Below are positions 1 to 13,700 of a stretch of DNA of 64,000 bases, in pieces. The notes below the pieces were generated by a model. It worked only from the letters and a program-made list of their open reading frames with translations, did not search any database and was not told the DNA's origin. Each line of letters opens with the position of its first letter. The first letter of the stretch is position 1. A program made the translations under genes and the position numbers. This DNA comes from Daphnia carinata (lineage: Eukaryota), in contig NC_081331.1 in NCBI RefSeq assembly GCF_022539665.2, positions 3,038,001-3,102,000 of the forward strand, written 5' to 3'.

Positions 1-280
1 GATGCAAGTTTATCAGCATCAAGTCAGCTCCAGTTATGGGAGAGATATGAATGGCCATGCAGGAAGTTGCTCGTTTTCATCCAATTCCGCACACATCGCG
101 AGTGATTTAATGAGCCGCGATTTTACCCAGCGCAGAGGGAATTGCAACCGCGCATACAATCCCACGGAATAGTATGCTGCACACAGAGGAATGAATTGCT
201 CTCAAACGCGAAAGACGCTTGAAATAATATTTGCTAAACGCGGAAAAAAAAAAATAAGGCCAGCTGATAAGAAAACTTAC

Positions 281-492
281 CGATGACTGTGAGATTGATG
301 CGTGAGTTGCGCGACTTGGCTTCACGAAAGTCGACTCGACACCGATACACCGACTGGTCGGCTAAACTAATGTTGCTTACGGCCAAGATGGAAGGCTCGC
401 TAACCCGGCCTCGGAAGGTGGCCCGTTTCTTCAGAATATCCTCGTCGAACCAGACGCCGGCTTGCGATAGTGAAACTTCTCGGGCATCCGCA
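281..492 (-). CDS. Sidestep-like gene exon, C-terminal half of the Ig V domain
   Basis: Acceptor TACTGCAG (AG at 494-493), donor G|GTAAGT at 280. Encodes ADAREVSLSQ...DQSVYRCRVDFREAKSRNSRINLTVI, which contains the DxxxYxC Ig F-strand motif. Confidence 0.93.
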
Positions 493-3400
493 CTGCAGTA
501 CGTATGACACCATATGTCGCAAACAGCCGGATAAAAATAAAAAAAAAAAAAAAAGAGAAAAAGATCGAAAATAAAGTTAGTGAAAAGAATGTCAACTTCC
601 ATCAACAGACAATCTGTTATACAGTATAAGAAATGTGAACAACAAAGATGGACTATATGCACTCAGGGCCTTGCAGCTTCAAAGAATGACGTTCTTTTTC
701 GTTAGAAAAAAAAAAATGTTTTTCTTGATTTTATTTATTTCTAGTTTGAATTGACTTTTATTCTTTTGGGAACAACGGCTTGAGAGCCCGTGCGCCGTTA
801 AAGTCATACCATTTCAATGTGAATGGCTTACTGTATCAGTGAGCTGTCACAATCGTTTGCTTTAACATTTCAGCCAAGCTTTGCCCCGAAATCGTGAAAC
901 AATTCCAAATGCAGACACACACACACACACACGCGCGCGCACACACACAAACAGAATAATAGAGAGATGGGAAAAAGAATTATTGAAAGCGTGCAATTTG
1001 CGCGGGCAAATGTATTCACCGGGGTTCACGAGTTCGTTGAATCAGAAACGCACGTCGCGGAGAGAAAACAAGAACCACTATACCTATTTTTTTTAATGGT
1101 TTAATATCTTCATTCTCTTGGCTATGTCTTTTCTCAACCAATCAAGATATATCATCTGTCTCATAAATACGGAATCACTAAGAACGAAACGGTGAAATCA
1201 ATTTCGTCGAAGAGACGGAAAAGCCGGCGTAAAACTGAGCCTTTATACCGATCTTATGCTATAGTTAACTCGGAAAATGAGCTATCAAGAGAAGTATGCA
1301 AAGATGATGTGCAATCGTAGAGTAATAGGAAAATTATACGCAGAGAAAGTGCGACGTCGGGTATCGATTTAGAAGCCGACGTGGAAGAAATCGGTTTCCG
1401 TGCACGTGGGGGGTGCACGGAAACCGATTTCTTCCATTGCCGTCTAACAATTTCCGATTCGACTGTTTCTTCCTTCATTAACTAATACGTGTCTCATTCT
1501 TTCATTATATTTTATTCTTATTTTTCTTGTATATCCTCTCTAGAAAAAAAAATTTAATAAACAGAAACAAGATGGAAAGGAAGCACGGAGTCAAACTCTT
1601 AGGGGACATGTCACGAATGGTACCCTTTTTCTTTACTACAAAATTAATTAAAACCTTTAGCTTAAACTAATTGTTAATGACTACTACTTCCGCAATAAAA
1701 CCCTCATCTTGTAAGAAAAAAAAACCCTGAAACAAATGCAATAGAATTACAGATGGCGATCGTCGACGACTCGGATATTTTTCCCATACATCTCGTTTGT
1801 CTTTTGCCTGTTTCTCGTTTGTTTTCTACCAGCGCTAAACGAAGCTTGAAAAAGGGATAGACGTTCTTTTTTTTCTGCCAAAACTAGAAAAAAAAAAAGA
1901 AAAAAGAAAAAAGGAAAGTCGTCGTTACTCAAGACTGTGCAATGCTATAGAAAAAGAAAAGCTCGGTGATAAAAAAAAGCGCATATACAAGAACGCAAAA
2001 GAGATCACAGAAAGCACATATAAATAAACAGAATGAAAAGCAGAAGAAAAAAACGGAGAATATACACAGTAAATGAAGAGGATGGGATGGAACCTCTTGA
2101 TGTGTCAACTGATACACACACACACACACACACAAACACGGAGAAAGAGAGAGAGAAGCGAGGTTGTGGAAAAGATAGAAACGCTATATAGAATAGAGAA
2201 AAACCGCCGGAATCGGACGTTGACTGCCATCGCTACACAATCAGAATTCAAGGGAAAGAAAAAAATTCCGCACAACTAGCAGTTTCCGTTGTCTGCGTCG
2301 CATATAAATTAGACGTTGAATCGATGCGTCTGAGTTACAACATCTATCAAAGAATCATTTTCTTCCTTTTCCGCCCACGTCTCTTTTCTTCTTCTCCGCG
2401 CACTAATGCAGGTAAACATCTGACGACATCTTCTACTGCGACAAACAGAACACACGTTGAGACAGCTTCGAAAATCAGAAGAAACATCATTCCCCAGTTG
2501 TCATCGATATGCATGTGTGGGTAAGTAACTCTCGTCGTCGATGATTCCGAGAAGCAGATAAGAAAAAAGAAAACTAGAGAAAGTGGAAAAGGAGACCTCC
2601 GTCAAACCGATCGATCAAAACACGTACGCTGCACACAACCGCACACAGCAGGTTGTTGCAGGCAACATCCACAACGAGCGCTCGGTTGCCGACCGGATTA
2701 TGCCGGACGGAGATGAAAAACAAAAAAGGACATCAATCAAAACTCCCCCTCTTTTTCTTTTTTTTTTTTTGGATTAACAAAAAGGGAATTCCATCTTTTT
2801 TTATCCGGGGATTCGTTGCATCAGCGTTGAAAAGCTATACGAAACAAACTTAACCCAAAAAACTCTTTGACAGGAAATCCTCGATGAAATGGCTCCCAGA
2901 CAAAAGCGATGATGCATTCTGCTTTCAAATAATCTCAATTGTGTAAAGAGATAAAGTGGGCAACAAAAAAAAGAGATCAATGATGTATCCAGTCCCACGT
3001 ACAACGGCTTCCTTTGCTAGGAAACATCTCCGAAATCTTTAAATCGAATTCTGGATCCTAGTAAGCAATATCTGAATTTTCCCAACGTCCATTAAGGAAG
3101 TCTCTTAGATCTGGCTTTACGTTCCAAACAAAACGCGGCGCAATTATTTGAAGGGGACGTCGACGATTCCCTGTTTTCGAACCGATTTTTTGCTTTACTT
3201 AATTAGAATTATTAACAATCATGTACAACTTATGAGGCGCACGGTAGAAAAGTTTTCGGCGGCCAAAGATGAACGACAATGTTATTTCCAACGTCAATAA
3301 CTTTCATCTTTGTGGAACATCCCAATTAAGAAATACAACACTCGCACACTTTGATGTTGATTACAGTGCAGTTTGAGGTCCGTTGCGTTCTATTCTTACC

Positions 3401-6400
3401 ATCTACACAAAAGAAACGCGAAAAACGAATAAGAAAAATACGCAAAGTTTCCTTCGTGAAATGCAGTGACAGATTTCCCCTTACGACTTTCATCTTCTCA
3501 CAAAGTCTATAATCACCATTCGGGACAGGAACAAAATTGCTACAGATCTCGACGTCATTAGAGAATCCCTTTGCCTAACGACACATTTTCCATTCAAACT
3601 AAAAGCGAAAAAAGTTGAATTCAAAGGGCAATTCGTTCAATCGTTGAATTCATTCAAAACAATCGGTTGCAAAAAGAAACAATTCGTCCTACAGGCAAGT
3701 GACGATTTCGGGAGCAATTGGACAATACAAGATCGTCTGATTCACTTTCCTTTAGTCGTTTAACAATCACTGTCTTCGAATTGAGTGAGACGTGCAAAGA
3801 TCAACAAGCAAAAATGGGAATTGAAGAAACGAAGGAGAAAAAGGCCAAACAAAAACAACTGAATTGCACAGGAGAATGTTTGCAGGAGCCTTTTAGCGAA
3901 CGGATAAAGTGGATATGGTTACTGACTTAGAGGAGAGTTGGATCACAAAAGAAAGTAACCAAAGGAAATTGAGGAAGCACAAACATCCAGTAAGTGATCT
4001 CGACAACTTTGCGGAAAAAACAGGGGAAAAAAAGGGCCGAGAGGTATGCAACATTGTATGAGCAATCGCGAGGCTTTTCTATTGATCACGAAACTCGTTC
4101 ACACGACAAACCTTATATCCCCAAACATTGATCGAAATTCAGTTATCAACGGCCCACTTTTCGGCGTTCGCCTATTTTAAATGGCAAAGAGGAACTTAAA
4201 AAACGTCGTAGGCGCTTTGTTTCTTTCTCGGCCATTGATCTACCTCGAAGATCGAAGATAGACGCTACGGTGCAATGTGGGTTGCATTCGAAAGCCTTCG
4301 ATCCCGACACCCACGTACGATCCAAGTGTTATACAAATCAATAGGCTGAGTTCAAGTAATCCTGCATTATGCGTTCCCCAATGTACCGGTAATAGGTCGA
4401 CAACGCTTTGCACTTTACCACACTAATACTGAACCTTATTTTTTTTATTTCTACGGTGCAGATTTATTGATTGGACCGACGTTGTACGTCATTAGCATCT
4501 ACGCCAAACTTGAGGTTGGCTCGGCAAAACAATAGGTTGTTCAGAAATCATTTTTCCCAATTCCATTTAACTTACCCTTATTGAAGGGAACGCGTGCATA
4601 AGTTTCCAGGAATATCACATTTTAAGGCAAGTTGTAAATACGTAGAACGACAATTTCTATCTTTATGCGCTTTAAATCATTCAGCGGGATTTACGAAGTT
4701 AGATTAAAAAAACGGAAACCGAGCTGGATTTAAAAGAAACTAGATTGCTCCTTTTTTTAAGTTAACTGATACTTTGGGCCAAAAATATTAGCTACGATTC
4801 AGGTGTTTTTAGAATGCTAAGGATTTCAGAACTGATCCATTGCATAATGTATAAAGATAAAAAGACGCGAATCATTAGGACTTCTTATCATCAACGGATG
4901 TGCATTAAACCATGTCGCTGTCGGCGATCGTGTTGACTGCAGCCTTCAAAGTGCTAGGACGAAACAAGATCAACGCACTACGACTCGATATAATGCGGTA
5001 TGCACAGCAGTTCTGTGTTACATTCTAATAAAGCAAAAATGCCTCTTACAAGACCAAAAAAAAGAGAACCAACAAGACTGAGCCTATCCGCATATAAATA
5101 ACAAAGGCTTGTTGGAATGTCACGCGATTGACTCCTATTTTTACCTCTTCCGTCCGAATAAAAAGGGCAGCAATGTCTACACACATTATTGACATGTAAT
5201 TGGGCAGTCATAACAGCTGGCTGCCAGTGGCATTGTAATTAGTCGACATCAGTTTCTGTTCAATAATTAAGGAGCAACCGTTTTTAGGCTAGTACGACAT
5301 CCCGCGCTGTCATGGACACTATTAAGAGAAATTTGGTTTCGTTTTGCATCACAGATAGTCAACATTTGCTACTTTTCTGAAAGCTCCCCGTCAAAAAAAA
5401 AAACCTTGTGATATTCCAGAATAATCAAAAGCCTGTTACACGTCCAATGATTTTCTTTTTTAGCAGTTTCTTTTATCGTTCTCCAAACGACCATACGAAC
5501 TTGATCTTTCGTCGACGCCGGAAACGACATAAACCCAGAAAGACTTACTATAAAAGGCGTCGGAAGAAAAATAAAACAAAGCAAAAATGAGATGGAGCGG
5601 AGTCATATCACAGTGGACGGCCGAATCATGTCTCCCCATGTGCCAGCAAGGGCAATCCCAAACGAAAATAGCAACGAACGAAAGAAAGAAAGAAAAAAAA
5701 AAAAAAAAAAAAAAAATGGGAACAAAAGAGGCCTGGCACGAAGCGTTCAGTCACTACACCAAATCTGTGTTCCAGTTAAGCTGGCCGAATGCAGTCAAGC
5801 TGGGGCCTCCTACTTGACGGAAAAAAGGCAAATAAACGAGCGGGGAGGAAAGGATGAATAAGACAAAAGACGAAATGAGTAGCCTGGGTAAAAAGAGTCT
5901 AAACCATAAAAGAATTTGAAAGGCTATATAACTTGAAATGAAATAGGAAAAACTCATTTTCCATGCAGTACGGGAAGGCGGCACAGCCGGCAGAATAAAA
6001 ATAGAGTTAGGATAAGAATAAATCAAGAAGAATATGATAAAAAGAAGGAAATCGAGACTGTCAACGAAAGGCTTTCACTCGTTGCACTCGTCCTATTATG
6101 TACTTTTTTTTTCTCCCCTCTCTCGTTTGACGATCCATCTACGAGTCTTTACACAATGAAAAAAAAATCAGGAATCTCAAAAACCGCCTTCAGTCATGCG
6201 TATATAGACACAAAAGAAGTGTATGCACAAGAGCAATGAAGGGCATAGTAGAAACATGTTCGGCCAAAAAAAAAAAGTGGAATATGTACTGACTAAACAC
6301 TACAACTCTGAGCCCAACGAACCATTTCAGGCTCTAGAATTTTGAGTGTAATGGAGCCGGTTGAATTTGTTTTGCTACACGATTCCAAAAAATCGCGCGA

Positions 6401-7755
6401 TTTTTATGAAGCTCATGTAGCCGTGGACGCCAAACAGAATTCAATTGGCTCCGCTCGTTCCGACGAGACGTTTGAAAAAGATACATCGGTCTACAAGTTT
6501 GCCTTATTAATGCGAAGCGTAGTTGCACGCTTCAACCGCCAGAGTAAAACATGAATTGATAAAGAAAAAAGAAAAACGAGGACAAATTGAAAACTGCTCT
6601 TCAAGTATTTACACGATAATTGCTATGGAACTCCTTGAACACTTGAACTATTCAAAGGTCTATCCCAACGAGTGAAGACGCACTTGCGGCTGAGACTTGA
6701 CAGATGTAGAAGTGCGGATGTGCGCGTCACAGAGAAAAAAAAAAGGGGCAGATTTTTATTCGAAAAAAATAACTGCTTTTGCAAGAAAATAGAATTTTTC
6801 TTTTATTCTATCGACAAACAAACGGCGCTTGTGGTCAAAAGTCACGTCAGACGCCACTAGCCAAACGGATCGATTGAAACAAGACAAGCGTTTATCGTCG
6901 GTACACATTAAACAAGCTCATTCTTCTTTCCATGTGAAATTCACGGCTATTAACAAGACGATGTCTATTCCCCGTTATCGGTGAAGGCCACCAATCAGAT
7001 TAATAATGAAAGAAAAAAAAAAGACTGACCTGAATATGGGCGTGCCGACATTTTCGCGGAACCAGAGGACGAGGATGACTTCGTCGTGTCGGTCGGGAGG
7101 GACCGTGTCGCAGACGAGCTCTGCCGTGCTGTTGGCGAGTACCACCAGATTCCTCAGTGGAACATCTGTATAGTCGAAAAGAAAAGAAGAAAATGGGTCA
7201 ATTCAATATACACAGTCTCATTCAGTATTCCTTACAGGCCACACGGCCTGTCCGGCAATCTTTCAATGAGTGTCACATTAGCTGGCCGACATCCGCAATG
7301 TCCTTCTCATCTCTCCATTTCTTTTTTTTACAAGAGGGTAGCTTGAAGAATGTTAAAGAGTGGGATCGTTTTTTTTTTCCTGGACGATACCAATTCAACA
7401 AAGAATAGGCAACATTCAAGACGAGGATTACGCCAAAGAAAAGCCAAACCAACAATTATCTTTTGCTTCTACAAAGAATGTTTTCTTTTGCTAAGACTGA
7501 TCCTATGCCAGAGACGTTGACAATTGCTTTCCCCCTTTTTTTCTTTACCCTATTTCCTTTCGTCTGCGATTGTGACAGCTGCCATGCGACACCAAAGTGC
7601 TGACGGCACGGCTTTCGCACTCATCTGTCTAAGGACATCTCCCATGTCGCCCTTCTTCCCTAATCGAATCTGCATGCACAACATGTCAAAGCGGCAAGCC
7701 AGCGGCCGAGCTGCACTAGACTCACCTCGTCAAGCATTTCCAGCTTCACTCTTTT

Positions 7756-7790
<35 letters not shown>

Positions 7791-10700
7791 AATGACGGTT
7801 CAACTTATTGTGAACACTAAGGAAAGAAAAGGACGTCTCGTTCGTCTATATTCAACGTTCTGCAATTCGCCTGGCAACGATGGTGTTATAAACACATCAA
7901 AACTTTCGACATTATATGGAAGCATCGTCCGGAAGAATTGCATTCGTTTGATCCTCTTCCCCGGTTTGTCGCATTACCTATTAGCATCCTTTGGCCTTAG
8001 GAATCTGCTGATCTACGCGTAGGACGAAAATAACAAAAAAAGGATACGAGACACGGTGAATAAAACGTCAGGAGAATACAAGAGCTCTTATCGCCACTGC
8101 AACCTAGCGGTAATACACAACACAATGGGCCAAGTAGTGCATACACAAAAAAAAAATGCTGGAAAAATGCTGGAAGCTATCCGAGTGAGGTCTTTTATCG
8201 ATCGGTCAACACGAAGCTAGGCAATGCAGCAAAATCAGTTACACAGGCCCCTCTTGTTTTCTGACAAGCCTATACAGACTTTCATTCTGTGGAGTGATTG
8301 CATCTTGGGACAATGAACGCTGATTAAGAACTGAATCTATGGACTGATATGGTCTATTGGCCTTATTTTTAGACTTACACACCATTATTAGTTGAGCCTT
8401 TTGTTTTTAATTTTCCCTCATTCAAGCAAAATGTGTGGTTGATTCACTTTCAAAAGTAATAATTCTCATCAATTCAATTAAACAAATACTGGAAAGAAAA
8501 AAAAAATGGGATTGTGTAGTGAATTTTCTAGTTCAGCATTTTGGCTAATATTTGGATTTCTAGTTGAATAGATCAACTTCAGTAGTTTTTTTTTTATTAT
8601 CAGAAGGTCTTAATGGGGATATTGAAGCGAAATGAAATCAAATACCCAGAAATATTGCCTGGCAACGCTCAACAATACCACCTCTGATCTGCCTGTACCC
8701 TTGAAACATAACATGACCACTATATACAGCTATAAGTAATTCTTAATATTATAAACCTATTTATTGATTTAGTAATTACCTTGTTAATGGACGAGAGAGT
8801 CACTGTAATGGTTGGTGTCTCGAAAGATAAAGAGAACAATCCACGTTTTTTACATCGCAACATCAGCTGTCATGGGTGAGGAAAAACAGCACCCCATGAA
8901 AAACAAAACAAAAGAATAACCTAAGCACAGCCACAGGTTTACGCAACTATTACTCTAATTGCACAAAGGGGGCGTTAAAACTAATGTTTTATTGACACGT
9001 ACAGCACGCAGCTTTTGTGCCACTTTTGTTTTAGAAATACTTGGAATTAGTTAACCCACGCCACAGACCCATTTTCATATCACTCATAAACAATGCTTCT
9101 GTTTATCAAGTAGGAATAATTTTTTGCCAGTTAATCTTTTTTTCAAGAAAAAAACGCTGAAATATAAACTAAATCTATATAAGGTAGACATTGTGTGGCG
9201 CAAGTGACAGCTTGCCCACTCCCAACAACGTAAAACTGTATTGGCTGCCGGCTTAAAAATAAATTAAAAAAAAAAACGATTGTAAGAAGTAGGCTGGACT
9301 TTTCGATGAAAAATGGTCCGTCTTGTTGCAAACTTACGTAATCTCTAAGCATTAAATCTCTTTTTTTACATAAGACGTGCTGTAAGTGCTAGTATCTCAA
9401 CAAGGCTGCACAAAACTACGTACAGTTATTTATGCCTAAAAAAAACCACAGACAATGTTTCTTGACAATCACAAAAGCCTGTGATCTTCGCAAAGGCCAC
9501 TTCAACTTTGAAGTTACTTTACTTTACTACGTAAACATCAGGACCTATTGATATGTTAGGTATATCGATTAAAGGAAGGGGATAGCACTTTCCTTTATAG
9601 TTGCACTATGCCGATATTATACATGTTGCGTTTGATTTTTAGAGCAAAGTTTTCAGCTCTCAAGAACTTCCAACTTTCAGAGGTCCTAGAGCATTTATCA
9701 AATAGCCTTTGCATGGCATCAAAACGGGATTAATGAAGCTCGACTATAAAAAATGTTGATCAATGAAGTTTGCAATTTCCAGTTTTCTGTTACAGTGCCA
9801 ATTATTCTGAGCATTTTAAGACATAAAATACTAGCTAAAGTAATGAAGAACAATCTGCAAAAGTCTGTCTATTTCTTATCTACGGCTTTTGTAATAAGAT
9901 ACGTAGTTAATAACTGTCTACAGAACCCCTTTTTTTCTAACCTAAAACAAGAAATTAAAGAAGAATCCAATATCAAACAAAAACTTGGTTTTGGCTATGC
10001 TACTAGTAACATGTGTTCAAGACAAGGACAAACTCCAGTTAACAGGCTCGTCATGACACGCCTATAGCCGGTAACGTAATCACTCATTTTACCAGGAAAG
10101 ATGATTCGGTAATAAATTTGTTACTCGTTTCTCTAACGTTCCAGCTTCAAGTTGAAGTCGGGAGTCGACATGTTACGATATAGGTCTCAGTTACAGTAAT
10201 TCAATCAAGACAAATTCAAACTTACTGTTTAATTTTTTTTTTTTTGGCATATTTAGCTAAGCAAAAGCTGTTAACGCATCGTTAGCTCAGCATAGTGATT
10301 CAGGAATTATAAAGATAGGGTTCCCGCTTGTGCAGCATTTTGCGATGAAATGCTTCAGTAATAATAATCCAACAAAAGCCGCTGTGGAACAATTCAACCC
10401 GGGCGCAATCTCAAGTGGTACAGTGGATGCCCATTAATCACGACAATTCATGGACGTTGAGTATACTGGTTCGTGGTGGTGATGACGGTGATGGGCCATA
10501 AGAAATGCACAACCTCTTGTACATGTTGGAACTCTCCTATATATGGAAGCAGAACACGAAAACGGACCGTAAATGTTCGCACGTATAACTACCGCCATCA
10601 TTTTTCTTTTCAAGGAGACCCTTATTTTCTGCTTTGCATAAACAAAAAATAGGCCTACTGTTTGGTCGTGTTTGTCTCGAAATATACCGCTTTGAAGAAG

Positions 10701-13700
10701 ACATATCGCCATAAAGTTTTGGATTATTAAACCAATCTGCTGTCCTATACACGTTTTTGATGATCGTAGAGAATCTGAAAAGGCACTTGAACCGCAATAT
10801 CATCAAAATTTAATGATAAATGATTTATCTTTGCCCCGTGCTTTGAATTTTTGCGGAATTGCACGAGGAATTATTTAATCGATAGTTATACAAGCGATGC
10901 CAACAAATACGTGTGAAACCTTTGCGTTCATCGCAGTGGAAAACCACATCGGTTGGCAGTATCTGGAAAATTCCCGTACTTCCGAGTACAATTACCTAGC
11001 CAACTAGAATCCAGCGGACTGAAAAGCAGGACGCAACTTTTGCTCGCATATTGTCCAGGTTTTTTCTTTTTTTTTTTTTCATTGGTAAAATCAAAAGTTG
11101 ACGGAAGTGGGGTGTAACGATCGCTAACCACTTATTTTTCAAAGAGACGGCGAGCGAGAAACGACGGATGATAGAAGCCACATGCTGAGAAAAAGAGGAA
11201 AAATAATCAACGATTGATGACGGTGGAAATGACAAATAAAAAAGGAAGATGCCAGAGACTTATGGTGCCGGATGGCTCCACTCGAATCAGCCAATCAAAA
11301 ATTAGCTTTCCTCTGCCGTTTTTTAAGAGAAAAGAGCCCTATTATATTGCACAAAAGTTCTCTGTCGTTTTTTGCACTCAATTCTCTGCGCTGCTGCCTC
11401 TTCGCTTTTCGTAATAACCCAAAAGAAGAACGAAAGAAAAAAAAAACAGCTCGTGATTATCGCACCACTTGCTATCGTAATTCATTTAGGATCGACATTT
11501 CAAATGATTCGACTGCATATAATTGGCATCTCTTTGCGAAATCTATGTCGGCAGACACAATGACACGGTGTAGTGAAACAGGATGCCCTCTTCTCTACGT
11601 CTTTTTTTTGTGTATCGGAGAGTTATGTAGAGATGACGTTTTCCAAAGATCAAACGCTTTACATTCCGGGCACGGAATCCTATATATATATACATATATA
11701 AAGGGAAAGGAATTCCCACTCTCACCAGGCTGTCTTCAGTTGGGTCAGTCGCGCATTAGGAATCATATATCTAACCCCCCCCCCCCCCCCCCCCCCAACA
11801 GTGTACTGGAAATTATAGTGGGCCACTTGAAGAGAGTGTGTATCAATCCACACACATTGGCCGCTCTATACTCTCGAATGGGACATCATTAAAGTCCTAG
11901 AACCTGCAAGGGTCAGTTGATATCGCGATGGTACGAAATTCCATTCAGCTGTCGCATCTATTCATCTCTGGACCGATGTAAGATTACGTCGTTCAGACGT
12001 TTTCGTACATTAAAAACCTTCGAGCATTGGCACTCTTTATCCGTGCGCATGTAACGTGCTCCGGTTGCTGAAACTATCAGCTTTTAAAGGAAATTGGTTT
12101 TCAATAACATCATCAACAAATTTATTAGAAAGAAACGTAAGAAACATGGTGTTAAGTAAGAAGAAGAGAGAGACGTAGCTCTAAATGAGAGATATCATTG
12201 CAAAGCTGGGAAAGGCAGTGAATTTTGTCGGAGGAAGAGAAATCAATATCACGGCTGAAAGGGGAGGTAAGGGACCGAACGAGTTACGGAAGTCATAACA
12301 CGAGAAGGACGTGCTGGTTACTGTACGTTTAACAGTCTAGGGAACTATAATATCGTTGCGGTTGGGCTGACCAGCACCTCACCCTATTTCCCTTGTAAAG
12401 CACATAATAGAATTGCGTTCTACTCAATCGACAAATCGGTCACAGTCTTTTTGGCTAATCGAGCGTGAAAAGATTGTTCGCAACTCACGCCACCCCGCTT
12501 TTATTTAGCGTAGGCAGTTAAGAACAAAATAAAAAGGGTTCCAACCGAAAACAAAAAGGAATGAAAGCTTGCCAATGATTCTGTCCGATGGACTGATATG
12601 AGAAATATCCATAAAGGCTTTATTACATTCTCGGGAATTCTATTCTACGTATTGGAGTGCATACGGGTCTATGCGCGAACCAAACCGTTGGCCGATTATT
12701 CAGTCATGCGTTATAAACAAACGCGGAACGTTCGGCAGGACGTATCAAATAAGATTCGGCAGGACTAAAAATGTTACATTTTGAATGTGCGAGCAAAATA
12801 AGAGTCAAGAATGTTCGTATTGCTACAAGGAAAATAAGTTGAGAGGAAAGCTCGGTCGGAAGCGGAAAATGACGACGTCATTTCGAAACGTAGGTGGAAC
12901 GCGCACAGACTCGCTCGTACTAGACAAGTTTAAACGATGTTTTCTTCACTTCCGGCCGACAATAACAAAGATAACAGTATTGACAATATCGAAGCGAAAA
13001 CAAGAATGTTTGAGTAGAGTTGTAAACTCATTCGTCGTGTATACGAGACAAAGGAAAGTCACAAGATCTGGATTTCATTCAAACGAAACGTTTTGAACTT
13101 TAGAAATTTGTTTACGGGCTAACGTCAAATAAAAATGTTAAAAACATCCTATCATCGTTACGAATTTTCCTCAAATATGAGTATGCAAAAATATGACGTT
13201 TCGTCTCGTGAAAATCTGTAAAGATAATCGTCAGCTTGCGACACCCAAAGCCAGATTACGTAACGGAGTGGATGACAAATCGCCCTAATAAGACATCCCT
13301 CATCATCATAATTAGCTTTAAAAAAAAAAGATTACCTCGTCAACGGTGACGCATCCAGCCGGATTGCCCATCCCACACCCCTTTTTTTCGGCCCCACTTT
13401 CTGGCGTGATTTTAAAAAAATGAACATTACGGACGTATAATTTCGTTAAAAGATCAGACTATTAACTTTAAATTCCCCAAGATAAAAAAAGTAAAATGTT
13501 CTTTGTTTAAAGCACATTTCATTAGAATTCAACTTCTAATGCAGTAATAAGACACCCAGGAGCACAAAAAGCCACGACCAACAGCTGCTGTAATGGTCGA
13601 CTTATATAAACGAAACCATGTAGTTCTACGACTTGTTGAATAATGACCAAGCCCTCTCGTCAGCTGTAACTAGTCTTTTCGCAGTGACCGACAAAAGAAA

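Noticed and set aside
11272..11892. 206-aa plus-strand ORF, the longest outside the two genes
   Set aside because: It runs through poly-A, (TA)n and poly-C tracts, has no recognisable domain or splice structure, and lies antisense in the Sidestep intron.
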